A stretch of DNA of 64,000 nucleotides from Takakia lepidozioides. Its lineage: Eukaryota; Plantae; Bryophyta. The translations under genes were made by a program, and so were the position numbers. The stretch covers positions 52,018,001 to 52,082,000 of the forward strand of contig CM060734.1 of assembly GCA_030704615.1 (NCBI GenBank). The letters run 5' to 3'. Below, piece after piece: positions 25,655-38,006 of the stretch. The notes beneath the pieces are model-generated. The model ran no database searches, was not told the origin of the DNA, and worked only from the letters and a program-made list of their open reading frames with translations. How positions within the stretch are numbered: position 1 is the stretch's first letter; every line of letters begins with the position of its first letter.

Positions 25655-25837
25655 CAGTTTCTTGACTGTCTCTGTCATTATTGGACGCACTGCCGACTGC
25701 GTCGCCTTCAAAGAGGGATGGAGGGGTTTTGCGGCAGACAACAACTTGGAGATGGAAAACACTCTAGTGTTCACGCTGACTGGAAGGTCTGAGTTTTCAG
25801 TCCAGGTATTCGACATCAAAACCGGAGTTCAGAAGGT
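25655..25837 (+). pseudogene. B3 (REM-type) DNA-binding domain exon fragment, copy 1
   Basis: AFKEGWRGFAADNNLEMENTLVFTLTGRSEFSVQVFD matches the C-terminal half of B3. Bounded by AG...GT. Confidence 0.75.
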
Positions 25838-26029
25838 CTTGACTGTCTCTGTCCTTCTGCTTTCCTTGCAGCATTGGGGAAGCTTTACAATTAGAAACCC
25901 CAGTGAGGGTGTTCTCCTTTGGAACAATGGTTTTGGTGTCAACCACCTTGACTGCAAACTCTGAATTTCCCCCTTGCGGCATTGGGGCTTGACAGCAAAA
26001 AGTCCCAATGTTCGGCTGTGACAACGCTC

Positions 26030-26212
26030 ACCTTCTGAACTCCGATTTTGATGTCGAATACCTGGACTGAAAACTTGGACCTTCCAGTCAGCGTGAACAC
26101 TAGAGTGTCATCCATCTCCAAGTTGATGTCTGCCGCAAAACCCTTCCATCCCTCTTTGAAGGTTACTCAGTCGGCAGTGCGTCCAATAATGACAGAGACA
26201 GTCAAGAAACTG
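26030..26212 (-). pseudogene. B3 domain exon fragment, inverted copy 2
   Basis: Reverse complement is highly similar to 25655-25837 (LEMDDTLVFTLTGRSKFSVQVFD). Confidence 0.75.
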
Positions 26213-26833
26213 CAAGTCTCCATCCAGGCCTGAAAAAGCTTTCTAGTCCAACATGAGTACACAAAGGGGCAAATGCTCCTGAGTCAACAAGTCCAGTGGA
26301 AGAAAATGCATGGAACTGTACAAAGTTTCTCTACACGGCTGCGTCCTGGGGTACTACAGCTGTCGGGTAAGTTTCCTGGGATTCTACCACACATGGTGAA
26401 AGTGCTTGTTGCACATCAGTGTTCTATGTATTGTCCAACAATCATGGAAACCAGGGTATAATGGATGTCTCAGGCTGTACAAGAACCCAGTGATATTGCG
26501 GGCAGCTTATGGCGGTGTGGACCTCCTGTTGCATCATCCTCCACCTCGGCACCTGATGCACATCCTCTTTGCTGCATGCCTACTCCAGGCTCAGCATTGG
26601 CAACAGTTCATTGTTACCCCTCCAATACCAACCTGTCTTTCGAGCCCTATAGCCTGGCTGATTCGTTGCATTTCGCCATAAACCTTCACAAATTCCTGGT
26701 GAATTTGTTGAAACAACAATGGTGGGGGCTGACTGAATTCAGGTCTGATTCCTGGTGCCTCACCCCCTTACTTCTCTGGTGCCTCACCTCCTGGATTTTC
26801 CATCCTACAAGGCTCCAACCTCCACCTAACCTC

Positions 26834-27236
26834 GCTCTGATACGAAAGGTTACAGTCCTGTCTTATTATAGTAAAATGGTCTCCACATTAATACTGTATG
26901 AGCAAGCTAACCACCCAACCTAGGGTCCTCAACTTGCCACTTGCTAGGGAGTGTTTACCAAGACCAACTGTCTACTTTGTTCTCAGCCCTGCAGGCCCGT
27001 CTCCCTCTCCTCGAATGTCACACCAGGTCCTCCTAAATACTCCCCAAGGACTCCCCCCCTTGCTCTAAGGATACCCTTTGGTATTTCCTTGCTATCCAAA
27101 GGCCTAACACTTGGCCTTTGCCATTCTGACTGTTTCTTTCTCTTGCTTAGCCATAAGTCTCTTCAGCTTCCGTTATGGCTTTCTGTCTTCAGCCTTGCTT
27201 AGCCCTAACCTAGGCATACTAACCTAGTCTGTGACA
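26834..27236 (-). mobile_element. LTR copy 2 (5' LTR) with tRNA-iMet-type PBS
   Basis: Inverted copy of 24504-24893. On the minus strand it is followed by TCGTATCAGAGC (26845-26834), one mismatch from TGGTATCAGAGC. Confidence 0.8.
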
Positions 27237-28464
27237 TACAGCTTTTGGTGCATGAAAGTGAAAGAGGTTTGACATTTTGCTACTAAACATACTAATGCCA
27301 CAGTCATAGGTTAAGAAGTTCTATTGGAGAAAATAAACCAATCTCATGGTGACAGGTCAAAACTGAATGGGCATAACAATTAAGGTGAGCTGCCAAGCTC
27401 TATATCATAATCCTACCATATATTACAATGATTGAGAACTCCACACTTGCATATGCTCTTAAACTGCTCCCAGCCCAACTTTCAATACAGCAGTAAGAAA
27501 CATACAACTCCAGCCATGTACCTGTTCGAACATCATGCGAGTGGAACCTGTGACTATAAATGGCTAAGTGTGGAATCTGCTGTGCACCACATACTTGCAA
27601 GAGACCTGTTGCAGCTGTCTTCATTTTCAAGTTTCCAGAGGACTGGGTGGGGGAGCTCCTTTCCCACCCATGTATGCAAGAGCTGCTCGGTCAAGCATCA
27701 GCCGCTGCAATCCCACACAAGCAGCACTTGCTGTATTACTGGTCTGATATGCCATAGCTGAGCAGACCAAAGACGTCCTTTATCCACTAGCTTAAATCAG
27801 TGAATACTCCTGAAGTCACCAGTACAAGACGTTCTATTAATCTTTATGGACAACTCTTATAGAGCATTATCTGGAGTGACTGCATTGCATGCTCTCAAAT
27901 CCACATCCTCTAGAGGAGTTCCCTGCTGCTTCAGCAACTGCACTCACCCTATCTTCCACTGCTTGGAAGATGTTGACAGTGTCAGGAATGTGCACAAAGC
28001 GTATATTGCTTCCCCTCACAAAGAGAAGTGGTAGCTGTCTCTGCAATCCCTGTCACATGATGCAAAACCATCAAGTCTTGCCTGAGCAAGGGACTTCTGT
28101 GGCTATAAAAGGAACTCATGCTGTCTATATTTCATCCTGCTCTTACCGCAATCATGGGACTGTATTGAGCATGGCTAAAACCAAGGTGACCCAGTTGTGG
28201 GAGGAAGGGGCATTGAAGGGTTGTTGGGAGGAAGGAGTGCAACCAGAAAGCAACACTTTGGACAAAAATCAACTAGCAGTACCTTGATAAGCCGAACCTC
28301 TTATAGTTAACTCATTCCGCCTAAATTGTCCCCACCCTTCTCAACAGTGATAAAACTAATGAGGTCAGCAATCAGGTGAGTTGTCCTGAGGGGTTGTGTA
28401 AGGGGACTCCTATGGGAGCTCACCTCCTGCTAAAGATGAAAAAATCCCCTGTGGAATGGATAGA

Positions 28465-29440
28465 TTGTACTCCTAAGACATTGTTTGCCGTAGCCTTGTG
28501 GCCATTGAGCCCACGCCCAGTTTGAGCGGAACTCAAAGGGACAGAACCTACCTCTGTCAGGGGCTGACGTCGGTAGTAAGACTTACCTTGATACATTGAT
28601 CCGGGTTTTCCAGATACCCTCTAGAAATCCCTTCACACAAGCATGGTTTGCCCAGTAACTAGGCCACAGAAGGGCCTGGGCTTTTGGCTCAGCCTCAAGA
28701 CTTTCAAAGTTGGTAAACTGAGGTACAGGCACAATTCCCTTGATAGATTTGAGGAGAGCGTCTCTCTGGTGAGAGAACCCCGGACAGTGAATCAGGAAAT
28801 GAATATTGTCTTCGGGTTGCCCACACAACGGGCAATTGCACTCTCCCTTTCCTCTCTGCTTCTGTTTGCTGTTCAAAGATAGGCTTCCTGCCCTGAGCTA
28901 AAGTTTCAGTCTGGTGTCGTGAGTGGGTAGACCCTTGAGGTCATCCATGATGTCCTCCCCCATGTCACAGACTGGAAACAAGTTCAGGGAAGTTTTCTAC
29001 CTAACTTCATTTTCATCAGACAATTTGCTGGTAACAGACATGGCTTTGGACACTACAGCCTCTAAGTCAGATTTATCCAGCAGGGTCAAGACTTGCAGAT
29101 CCAGATTCAGATCCTTGAGAATCTCGTCTACTCTCATCTGACCTTGAATTCATCTCGTCAGGAGCTTAAGGAAGGGATGCCAAAATCATCCCGACATGCA
29201 CTCCTTAAGCACCCCCACTTGAATGGATTCTAGAGACTTAGCCTGGTTGAGTTATCAACCTATATTGCAGATGCGTACTCCAAGGCAGGTCTAATAACAC
29301 GACAAAGCAAGTTCTTCTTGACCTCAGAGTTGATCCCTCTGCAGTGGAAAAATTTAGTGAGACCAGAAGCAGAGTCTAAGCAGGCCACAACTACATCAGC
29401 ACCTGTAAGTAAGGCCATAAGGTCAAAAACACTGGAAGAC
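28465..29440 (-). mobile_element. 5'-truncated non-LTR retrotransposon (LINE) ORF2 C-terminus and 3' UTR
   Basis: VIRPALEYAS post-RT motif, CPLCGQPEDNIHFLIHC zinc knuckle, FLEGIWKTR. The 3' tail GCCACAAGGCTACGGCAAACAATGTCTTAGGAGTACA is shared with three other loci. Confidence 0.8.
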
Positions 29441-31234
29441 ACACTAATTCAGCACAAGCAGTAGAGTACAATGATACGAGGAAGGCACCTCCACATCCTC
29501 GGTGGTTGCATCCTTTATAATCATGCTGCACCCCAATACCCATTGCGAGTCATGACAAAGAGGGAAAATGCACAAGGAGGTAGTGAAGACAGATGCAAAG
29601 ACGGGGCTTGCTTACTTCATGGCATCATCACAGTCATCAAGAATCCCACGGATGGAAAGATCGTTTTGCAGCTCCACCACCACTTCTAGCCCCATGAGTG
29701 ACTGAATAACACAGACCAGCGTCTGCTCTGCTTGCCTGCCCCTCCTACCCATCTTGCCTTACTCTCTAACTGTTTATATCCAGATAGTGATGTTTCCTCA
29801 ATCAGATGATTTTCAAACTAGTGAGAGAATCATGCTTCCTGCAAATGCACAAAGAGCACCATCTTATAACCACAGACTTCGCATTACATATGAAGCCCCC
29901 TATTTTCCTTTTCCATTTGAAAGAAAAGATGCTGCAGATATCTGACAGCAAAGACATTAAGTTATTGAATTATTAATGCTGTTGCTATGAGGTCTCTAGA
30001 CACCAGGGAAACTAACTCTGGACTGTTTATGACCTGGTGTACTCGTCAGACATTGGACACCAAATACTGCTGCTTTGACCTTGCCAGATCAAACCTGCCT
30101 GAAGTGGCTGAGAAGGGTATTGATACTTGAAATCAAACGTCAACGAAGGAAACCAAGCTGAATACTTCACTTTGGGTTGTGGCTGGCTTAACATTTGAAG
30201 TCAATATTACTGTTGCTAATCCAGACACTGATAAACAAAACTGTAGAGACCATCACTGACATTCTCCAACCCAGCATGTGAAATTGCAACTTTGTTGTCA
30301 CAAAGCCAAGTCTTCTCAACTTGCTCCGACAGGAACAAACTAGTGCGTAGAAAGCCTGGAAAAGGAGGCGTTGTTCACTGCCTACCTTCATTCCGTGTCA
30401 AAATTATACCTTTGTGTGTGATGGGTGTACATGGTCTTACTGTATGAACCTCTGAAAAAGGAACCTACTTTGCTTACACCTGCAAGAGCCAAACGAGACA
30501 AAAAGAGGCCCACTTTCACTCATATACATTACATACTGGAAAGGAACATTGGGGGCTGGATTTCCAGCGTAAGCTGGACTTCAGAAGACAGCAAAAAGAA
30601 ACCTTCATCGAAGCACATTCTTACACAAAAAACAGTTTGAATCCATCACAAGGTCAAGACTCAATGGTGCGGTGGTCACTTTCTCAAGATGACGAGGATG
30701 AAACGAGCTCCACAGTACTTTCCTGCGCAGCCTTCGCAAAGCCGGCCTACAGCATCCAGAATCTGCACCACACTGCCAGGATATCTGAACAAGAAATTAA
30801 CCGAACCACAATACAAAGTGACGAACCTCCCTACAACAATCATGACAATGCAGCTGAGAGTCTCACGCACCCAAAACTGAGTGCAGCTAAAGAAATCAGA
30901 ACATACCCTCAACGGTAGCCAGCCCTTCGAAGAAACATCATGTGCACCTTCCCGTGATGCACCAAAGCCTAAAACCTAATCCGACTCTCAACACTGATGC
31001 CGCCATCGCCGAAGCGCTAGAAGTGCCTAGGCGTGAGAACTTCTACCTACTGTGTACACGAGACGGAGTTTAGCTAGCGAGCTCTTTTCATCCACACTTC
31101 TATCGAGTTATGCAAATGATCTCCTCAAGATGATGGATCCTATGGCTTCTACTCCTTGAATGCAGATAGGCTACCCACATACAGAAGAGGAGCGGGGCAC
31201 ATCATGGCGGGGCACATCACTCCTCTTGGAAGCC

Positions 31235-31927
31235 ATGGCGATGGTGTCAGCGTGCTCTGTGTCCGTGTGCGTCTACGCTGGTCTCTGCGTACCGCCGCGC
31301 CAACCCTCATCTCCCTCGCATTGTCCAGGTACCCAGCTACCGATGGTCTCCATGTACGATAAACGTCCCCTTTCTAGCTGGAGGCGTCGGAGATGTTGCT
31401 GAATTGGGATTGGTTTTGTAAAACATTGCATGAATGCACAACTCATCTGTATGTTTCTGGGGACTTGGCAAATGGCAAACTCAAATCGTATTTTCAATTA
31501 ACATGCAGGATTTCGAGCTCTTCGTCTGGTAGTGTCGTCTGGTGGTGTATGTGCTCTCCGGAGGACTCGATGGAGAGGGCGAGAAGGGAGAAGAAGAGCA
31601 GTTGAAGATGAAGAGGCTAGTGTGGACACTGATGTTCCAACAATTACCTCAGAGAAACCTCTTCCTGGGAGCGATAAGAAGGCTAAAGGTATGTACTTCT
31701 CTTTTACTCCTCACCATAATGCTGGTCATCACGCAGATAGTCCCTAAGATTCTCATTTTCAATTGAGTGGTGCAGCCAGGGCAGTAAAAGAGAAGGGCCA
31801 AGCAACGGCCATGGTGACAGGGGCGGTCGCAGTGTTGCTGGGAGTGGCTTACCTTGTGCTTGTTCAGTTACTTGATACTCGAGGTGTCAATCTTATTCCT
31901 CCTCCGCCAGAAGCATTTGAACCATGA
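31235..31927 (+). CDS. Small (141 aa) probable plastid-targeted single-pass membrane protein; exons 31235-31328, 31509-31688, 31776-31927
   Basis: In-phase GT-AG splicing and a Ser/Arg-rich N-terminus. The C-terminal TGAVAVLLGVAYLVLVQLLDTRGVNLIPPPPEAFEP resembles small conserved cyanobacterial membrane proteins (recalled similarity). Confidence 0.8.
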
Positions 31928-33638
31928 AATGTCTCATGTTTTCTGGTTTGGAATGTCAGAGTGCAATGAGATCTCCCCATTTCTGCCAGAATCACCTCTT
32001 GCTATTACTCTCCAATGGTGACTGACAACAATCTTTGATCATGCCGCCGTAGCATTGCATCTGCCATTGTATAAGGGTTAAAAAAATTGCCAGGTTTTTG
32101 TGCCATTCAAGTTGGATGGATTGGGGATATGTCGCCGTCGGTCTTATTTTCAGGTTTAACTCTGATTGCAGTTTAGCCAAGTCCAACACAACGATGCAAT
32201 GCCACTGAAAGAGAATTAGCTCATCTTCTTTGGACTACAATCCAGAGATTTTGGCTGGAAAAGGATCATTTGAAAGGCTGAAACTTTTGAGTGCATGAGG
32301 ATGTAATCTTACCAGTTAGGAGGCCAGCATGCATCTTCATAAGTGGCATTTGAATGTTGTGTTGTCCCCTTGTATAGGAAACCTTTCGACAGCATGATTG
32401 GCTCTCTTGTTTGGTCATTGAGTGTTAATCTCTCATTGGCTGCATGTCAAGATGACAGACTAATATTGCCCGTTGTTTTGCTTGAAGTCCCCTTAGTCTT
32501 GGATGCATGAAGAACCACATTCTCCAGAGAGACTGTCTCTCTCCTCTCGGTCACAGATAAACAGTCAGGGCCTTCGATGTATCCTTTGGTTTCCTCTTGT
32601 AATTCCACCTGCTCTCATATGGCCTCTGCACAAGGCTCATGCTCCCTTCATGTAGGTCCTTACAACTAGAGACGTTGGTTGCTATCTTCTTAAACTTACT
32701 CTGACTGAAGCTAATATGATTATGAACTTATTTGAAAAACTACCCTCACTGGGGTACAGTTGGTAGGAGCCACCATCAGCCTCGGCTCCATCTACCTGGT
32801 TAACATTAAGAACTGACCTGAAAGGCAAGGCAGTGACCAGGAGAAATCCAAGACAAGTTGAGTTTGAGATGAGAGACACCAAGTGCTCGGGGCTCTCTAG
32901 AAAATTGTTACACAATATTGCCATGCCTCTGAGGACAAAATCTTCCTGATCTACTGTTTGCTTCACATTATACAAGTTCAGATTATACGAGTAGTGGGAT
33001 CCCACTGGGATTTTAACTTCACATGATACTGTAAGATGAATCCAATCCCAGTTTTAAGTGTGATGCACATGCATTATTCTTCCCTTTGTAACCAGAAAGG
33101 ATCTAGAATTTTTGTTTGGTCCTTAATCTCAATTCCACTCTTGGCTGTGAGCCAAGAAAAGCACCAGCTAAACTCAGGCCTTGGACAAATTTGACATTCA
33201 CGGTAGAAATGCAAAATTTAGGGTGTCAGTCCACAACCCCATCATAAAACATTTCCCAAACATCTAATTAAAAGGCCTTCCCCACTCTGCAGCTGGCAAC
33301 AACATTATAGATCCCCCACATCCAGATGGTAGGTGATTCAGGTTGAGAAGTTACTATGCGCACTTTTTACACAGGATGTGTTTGGATTGTAACTGTCGTA
33401 AGGATGGTGAGACTGTTTAGTCAGAGCCTCACCAACTTCGGAGGCCATGATCCAACAAACCTGTGATCTCCACAGAGTTTAACAATTGTGTGAACTGTGA
33501 AGCATTGAGATTCTCAGTTTGAAATACAAAGGGCATAAGAGGTTGGCATGACAGGGACTGAAGCTGCATGGACAACCAATTTGAACCCTGTGGACTTCCC
33601 ACAGGTTAACCCGGCTAGCAACATGCATGAATTCTATT

Positions 33639-36189
33639 TTATCCACCACCTTGGCGTTTTTTCACACCCAAATTACTATAGTCAGAGAGGTTGCAGCCCA
33701 CGTCCTCATCTGTCTCAATACCGAGCTCCTCCTGCACCAACCAGTCTTAATTAGTCGATGTCAATACTGAAAGCAATAACTGGTTTTGTGCTCCAACAAG
33801 CATAGAAGGCTACCTGGAAGTCTGCCAAATTCTGTGGCATTGCCTCAGTTATCATGGCCCATAGCTCCCGAAATATCTGCTTTCTTTTCCTCCACAGTCT
33901 TAATTTGAGGTCATAGCCTTCCTCCACTTTCAGCCGCTCCTCAGGAGTCACCAGCACAGAGCCTTGGCGCAACACATTCAACTTTGCCTCCATCTCACGC
34001 ATCTGCATACACCTAGTGACCGTGTATGAGTGCTGGCTGTAACATACTCAAAACTTCAAGCAAATAAACAAAACCTTGCTGCCCATTAGGATAGTAAGTG
34101 GGTGCCTATATTTCCCATGTTGAGTAGATGACAAACATGCCTCTGAATGCAGCTTCTTCAACCTGTCCCTGATTTGCACAAGTGTCAAATTGGCTTTCAT
34201 GGAGCGAATTTCTGCAAACATAGAACATGCACAGGGAAACCGTAAGGGCTTGCTACAGCCTAATCTAAACTCCTGCAGAACATAGAACAAGCACAAGGAA
34301 GGCCTGCTACCACATTCAAAGAAAGCATTCATCTGCATCCATACAGAATGATCTCCAACGCATGCATCCATCTCATTGACCTTACTGTCCTCCCCGTTCC
34401 TGTCCAATACATTGCTTCCAGAGTTTATGTGCTCCTAAAATGTAGAGAACTATATTCATGCTCTATCTGCTCCCTCTCCAACAGAAAATACTTCACCGAA
34501 TTGTACCACGACTGACCTGCATCCAGCTCAGAGACTTGAGCACGGACTGCAGCAACATTAGTGTGCAAGAGGTCATTATGTTTTTTCATCTGCTCCAGCT
34601 CATCAATGTTGGGGATGTCAAACTGTGCCTGACTGGCAAGGTACACCTTCTGTTTTCCATACTCCTTATACGTAATTTTCTCCGCGGTCACCAGTGTGTC
34701 CAATGCCTTCTGTACTGCCATCTTTCTGAAGCCGTACTTTTGCAGTGCATCTGCCACATTCTGGGTGTTCAAAGGCCTGTTTTGCTGTCACATACCGTTG
34801 GTCCAACAATTGTTCAGCTGCTCTCTCTCTCTCTCTCTCTTCCGCCCAAACTGGACGCGGCGTCTAGGGCCACAAGGCTACGGCAAACAAAGTCTTATGA
34901 GTACATTTCTTTTTCTGTCTCCAGCCCTGGCCCTGTGGGGGTCTAATTGCTGGGCAGCTCGCACACAGCAGATTGATGCTTGTGTGAAGGGCTTCCTAGA
35001 TGAAATCTGGAAAGCCAGAACTAATTGCTTATATCAAGGGAAGTCCCACTACTGGAGTGAGCCCTGGAGTCTGTTCCCTCTTGATTTGCCCAAACTGGGC
35101 GCAGGGTCTATGGTCACATGGCTACAGCAGACAACATCTTATGAGTACATTCTCTCTCTGTCTCCCTCTGAAGTTCTCCTTGTGTCCCTTGGACCTCCAC
35201 ACCTCCCATAAACATAGGAAATTCTTTCTTTTTTTCTGTGTGGACGCTCCTCCATCCATGTTGCTTTCACAATGCTGCTCTATCCAATCACTGACCACAG
35301 GTAAGTCTTCCGACACCAAGGCTCATTTTCTTCTACCACTCTACACTGCTGTTTCACAGATTCTGTGCTTCAGTGCTCAGAAATGGCTAGTGTAACTGTG
35401 ATATGTTTCAAAGAAATGCCACTCTAGCAAGTACAGAAGTCTTGCAGGTTTGTAACCGAGTAGGATGTTATCATCTAAGGCCAAGTACCTCATGAGAGAG
35501 CTAGTACTCCCGTTTTTCATATTTTTCATTCTACTCAAAGAATTTTCATCCTGGCAGATTCAGCAAAAACTCAATTGCCAGTCTCATGTCTGAAATCGAG
35601 AGAAAGTGTTTATAAAAGGAGGGGTTAAGACTGTGGGACTGGGAAATCAAGGAGAGGCACTCCCGCGTACCTTGTTGATGAAGTTCAGCACAACACCTGA
35701 AAGGCATTACAAAATACTAAAGCAAGGTTATGCATTCCTCAAGTAGAGATTTCCTTTTCCGTTTATTCTCAATTCACTCTCCGACCTACTAGGCATAAAA
35801 TGGAGGAAAAGAAAATATTCACCATGCCACACCACCCTGTTGTGTGCACATAATTTTCTAAGCTAAGAATTTGCTTCGTGTGCACCTGATTTTGTTGGAC
35901 GAGCAATAAAAGCAGTCTTATTTCGCCCTACTTTCTTAGAAATTGCAAATTATCAGGTGATCATAAATTTCAAGGCACCAATTCTTAATCTCTCTGTCTT
36001 GTAGTTCTACATTGCTCATGGGCCACGTGGGGGGACGTTATAAAGTACCATTTCATTTCTTCTTCTTTAACTCTCTATCTCTTCTCTCCTCCTTTCCACA
36101 CACACAGATGCGACCTTGAGTGTTGTTACTTAAGAAGGAGTAACAGTTCTAGAAATAGTACCTTCAACATCATCCCTCTTGGGAGGCAT
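33639..36189 (-). CDS. HOP2: Homologous-pairing protein 2 (HOP2/TBPIP), 224 aa; exons 36189-36162, 35696-35671, 34784-34517, 34211-34141, 34002-33814, 33731-33639
   Basis: MPPKRDDVEGVVLNFINKQNRPLNTQNVADALQKYGFRKMAVQKALDTL...KEYGKQKVYLASQ...WRKRKQIFRELWAMITE...EELGIETDEDVG. Exon phases are consistent (675 nt). Confidence 0.95.
34841..35150 (+). mobile_element. Two tandem LINE 3'-end fragments in HOP2 intron 2
   Basis: ACVKGFLDEIWKAR plus two copies of the ...GGCTACGGCAAAC...TCTTATGAGTACAT tail, next to (CT)n. Confidence 0.75.
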
Positions 36190-36905
36190 TGTGAGGGAAA
36201 CAGGCACAGAACACTCAAGAAGAGGAAGTAGACAATTGATGACAATGCCTGCTTTCTACATTTGTTGGCGCTCCTCGCCAACACAGCCGCCACGTCCCCT
36301 CTCTGTCCTTTCTATATTCTACCGATCCAGAGATTCTACGATTTTCGATTCCTTAGATATGCAAGATGCTGTCACAGGCGCCCCCTTTTTTGTCAAGCTG
36401 AGTGATCGAACTAGGATGAAACCCGTAGTCAGCGCTGCAATGTCTCCGGACCTTTGAATGACAGAGACGAAAGCTACACAATCAGAATTTCCAGCACTCT
36501 TCCTGAAAAACCGATGGATCCGATTTCGAAGACGGGAATTCACAAGCAGCTCTGGAACTGGCCTCCTTCAAAGTTCACCACAAGTGAAAAGGAAATACGA
36601 AATTCAAAAGCCCCCTAATGCAGTCGTTCAAATTTCCCAGCAGTCTGCGTCGTCCTTTCCACAAAACAGGAGCGGTCGTCGTCGCAGAAAAAAAATCGAA
36701 ATGACCACTCCAGTGACCCCTACGATGTGACAGAATCCTCAAGGACCTAACGCAGTCATTCAAAACAACCAGCACTTTGTTTGTTTGGATGCACCAGTCC
36801 TCGCAGAAAAAATCAAGACGACAATGTGCCTCCTATACGAAATGTTCTTTTACAATTTCCTCAATCTCTGACCTGTATGATTCCAGAAGCAAACATTCGG
36901 CTACA

Positions 36906-36908
<3 letters not shown>

Positions 36909-36945
<37 letters not shown>
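36909..36945. repeat. (CT)n microsatellite (others at ~34821, 51214, 61643, 63897)
   Basis: Direct reading. Confidence 0.95.
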
Positions 36946-36949
<4 letters not shown>

Positions 36950-37696
36950 GCAAAGCAAAGCAGAGATGGCGGTGCGCAGTACAAAAGGGCGGGACTCCAT
37001 CAGGCGCCTTTGTTTTCATCCAGAAGTGGATGCATATCATCCCTCGTCCAATTCTGTCCGCCACATTAATAGGATAGATGAATGAAGGTCACGAGTTACG
37101 TAAATCAATTACTGTGCTCTCAAGGCCCCGGCCGCACCTGCCGGTTAGCTAACCGACGGCTAACCGGACAGTTAAGTGACCGGCCCGATAGTTCATTAAG
37201 GACCCGGACGCACCTGCCATCTAGTTAACTGGGCACGTCGTGGTTAACAAACCGTGCTGCTGCCCGGTTTTCTTTGCTGCCCGCGAACCACTTTCTCTCT
37301 CCCCCTGTTTAGCCTCCAGGGTCGTCCCTGAAATCCTGTTTCTTCACTGGTACTTCTCTACTTGGTCACTGGCATGGACACTTCTCACTGCGCCGCACAA
37401 CTGCACTCCAAAATGGTGTCTTTTTTTTCCCACATGGGTTACGAAGCTTCCCAGCTCAGGAAAAATGTAGTTTTCTCTTGGATCAAAGGCTGATACATGT
37501 GTTGTATGCTTCAGTTTCAAGTTTGTGGCACAAGTAGACACTGAATGCCGTGAACATATGTAGGTCTTTAGCTGAGAGTGAGGGGCGGTTGGTTGTGTAG
37601 TACAAGCATATATGCAGAAGCTTGAATCAAGTCGCATCAAGTTGAATAAACTTGAGCAAGAATTAGCTTAAGTTTAGGGGGTTGGATGTCATGGCA

Positions 37697-38006
37697 GTGG
37701 GCCCAGTCAGGTAAAGGACGTGTACATCAAGAGGAGCTTGTGCGGACTCTCACTAATACGCTGGAAACTGGAAATGTGTGTTTCTCTTTTACATTAATGA
37801 AGCTGTTGTGATAATCACAATGTGAATGCTCTTGCTTGAAGCTAATTTTATGGTCTGGCTTGTGGAAGTTGAGGGGGCTTGACAAGGAGGGAGAATACTG
37901 AGTTGGGTAATGGGGAAAGGCATGCAGTTACCACACCTACTGTTTTATGGGCTCCTAGTACTGGCAAAACATCCACTGCACCAGCAACTGCTCATCAACT
38001 TTTTAG
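37697..38006 (+). pseudogene. Captured fragment of a replication factor C small subunit gene (two exons plus intron)
   Basis: PSQVKDV.HQEELVRTLTNTLETGN | LPHLLFYG..STGKTSTA..TAHQLF with GT-AG intron, frameshifted. Confidence 0.8.

Noticed and set aside
26210-26320. Retroviral protease remnant (VDSGA...RPGW) on the minus strand
   Set aside because: The motifs are too short and too close together compared with the real protease at ~55140-55460, so chance cannot be excluded.
24504-27236. DNA transposon with 390-bp TIRs
   Set aside because: Each arm has its own TG...CA-type ends, one is followed by a tRNA-Met PBS, and no shared outer TSD is seen. They are LTRs in opposite orientation.
29450-31000. 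Protein-coding gene in this interval, also 27250-28300 and 32500-33000
   Set aside because: Only short ORFs with no recognisable motifs or consistent exon chain.
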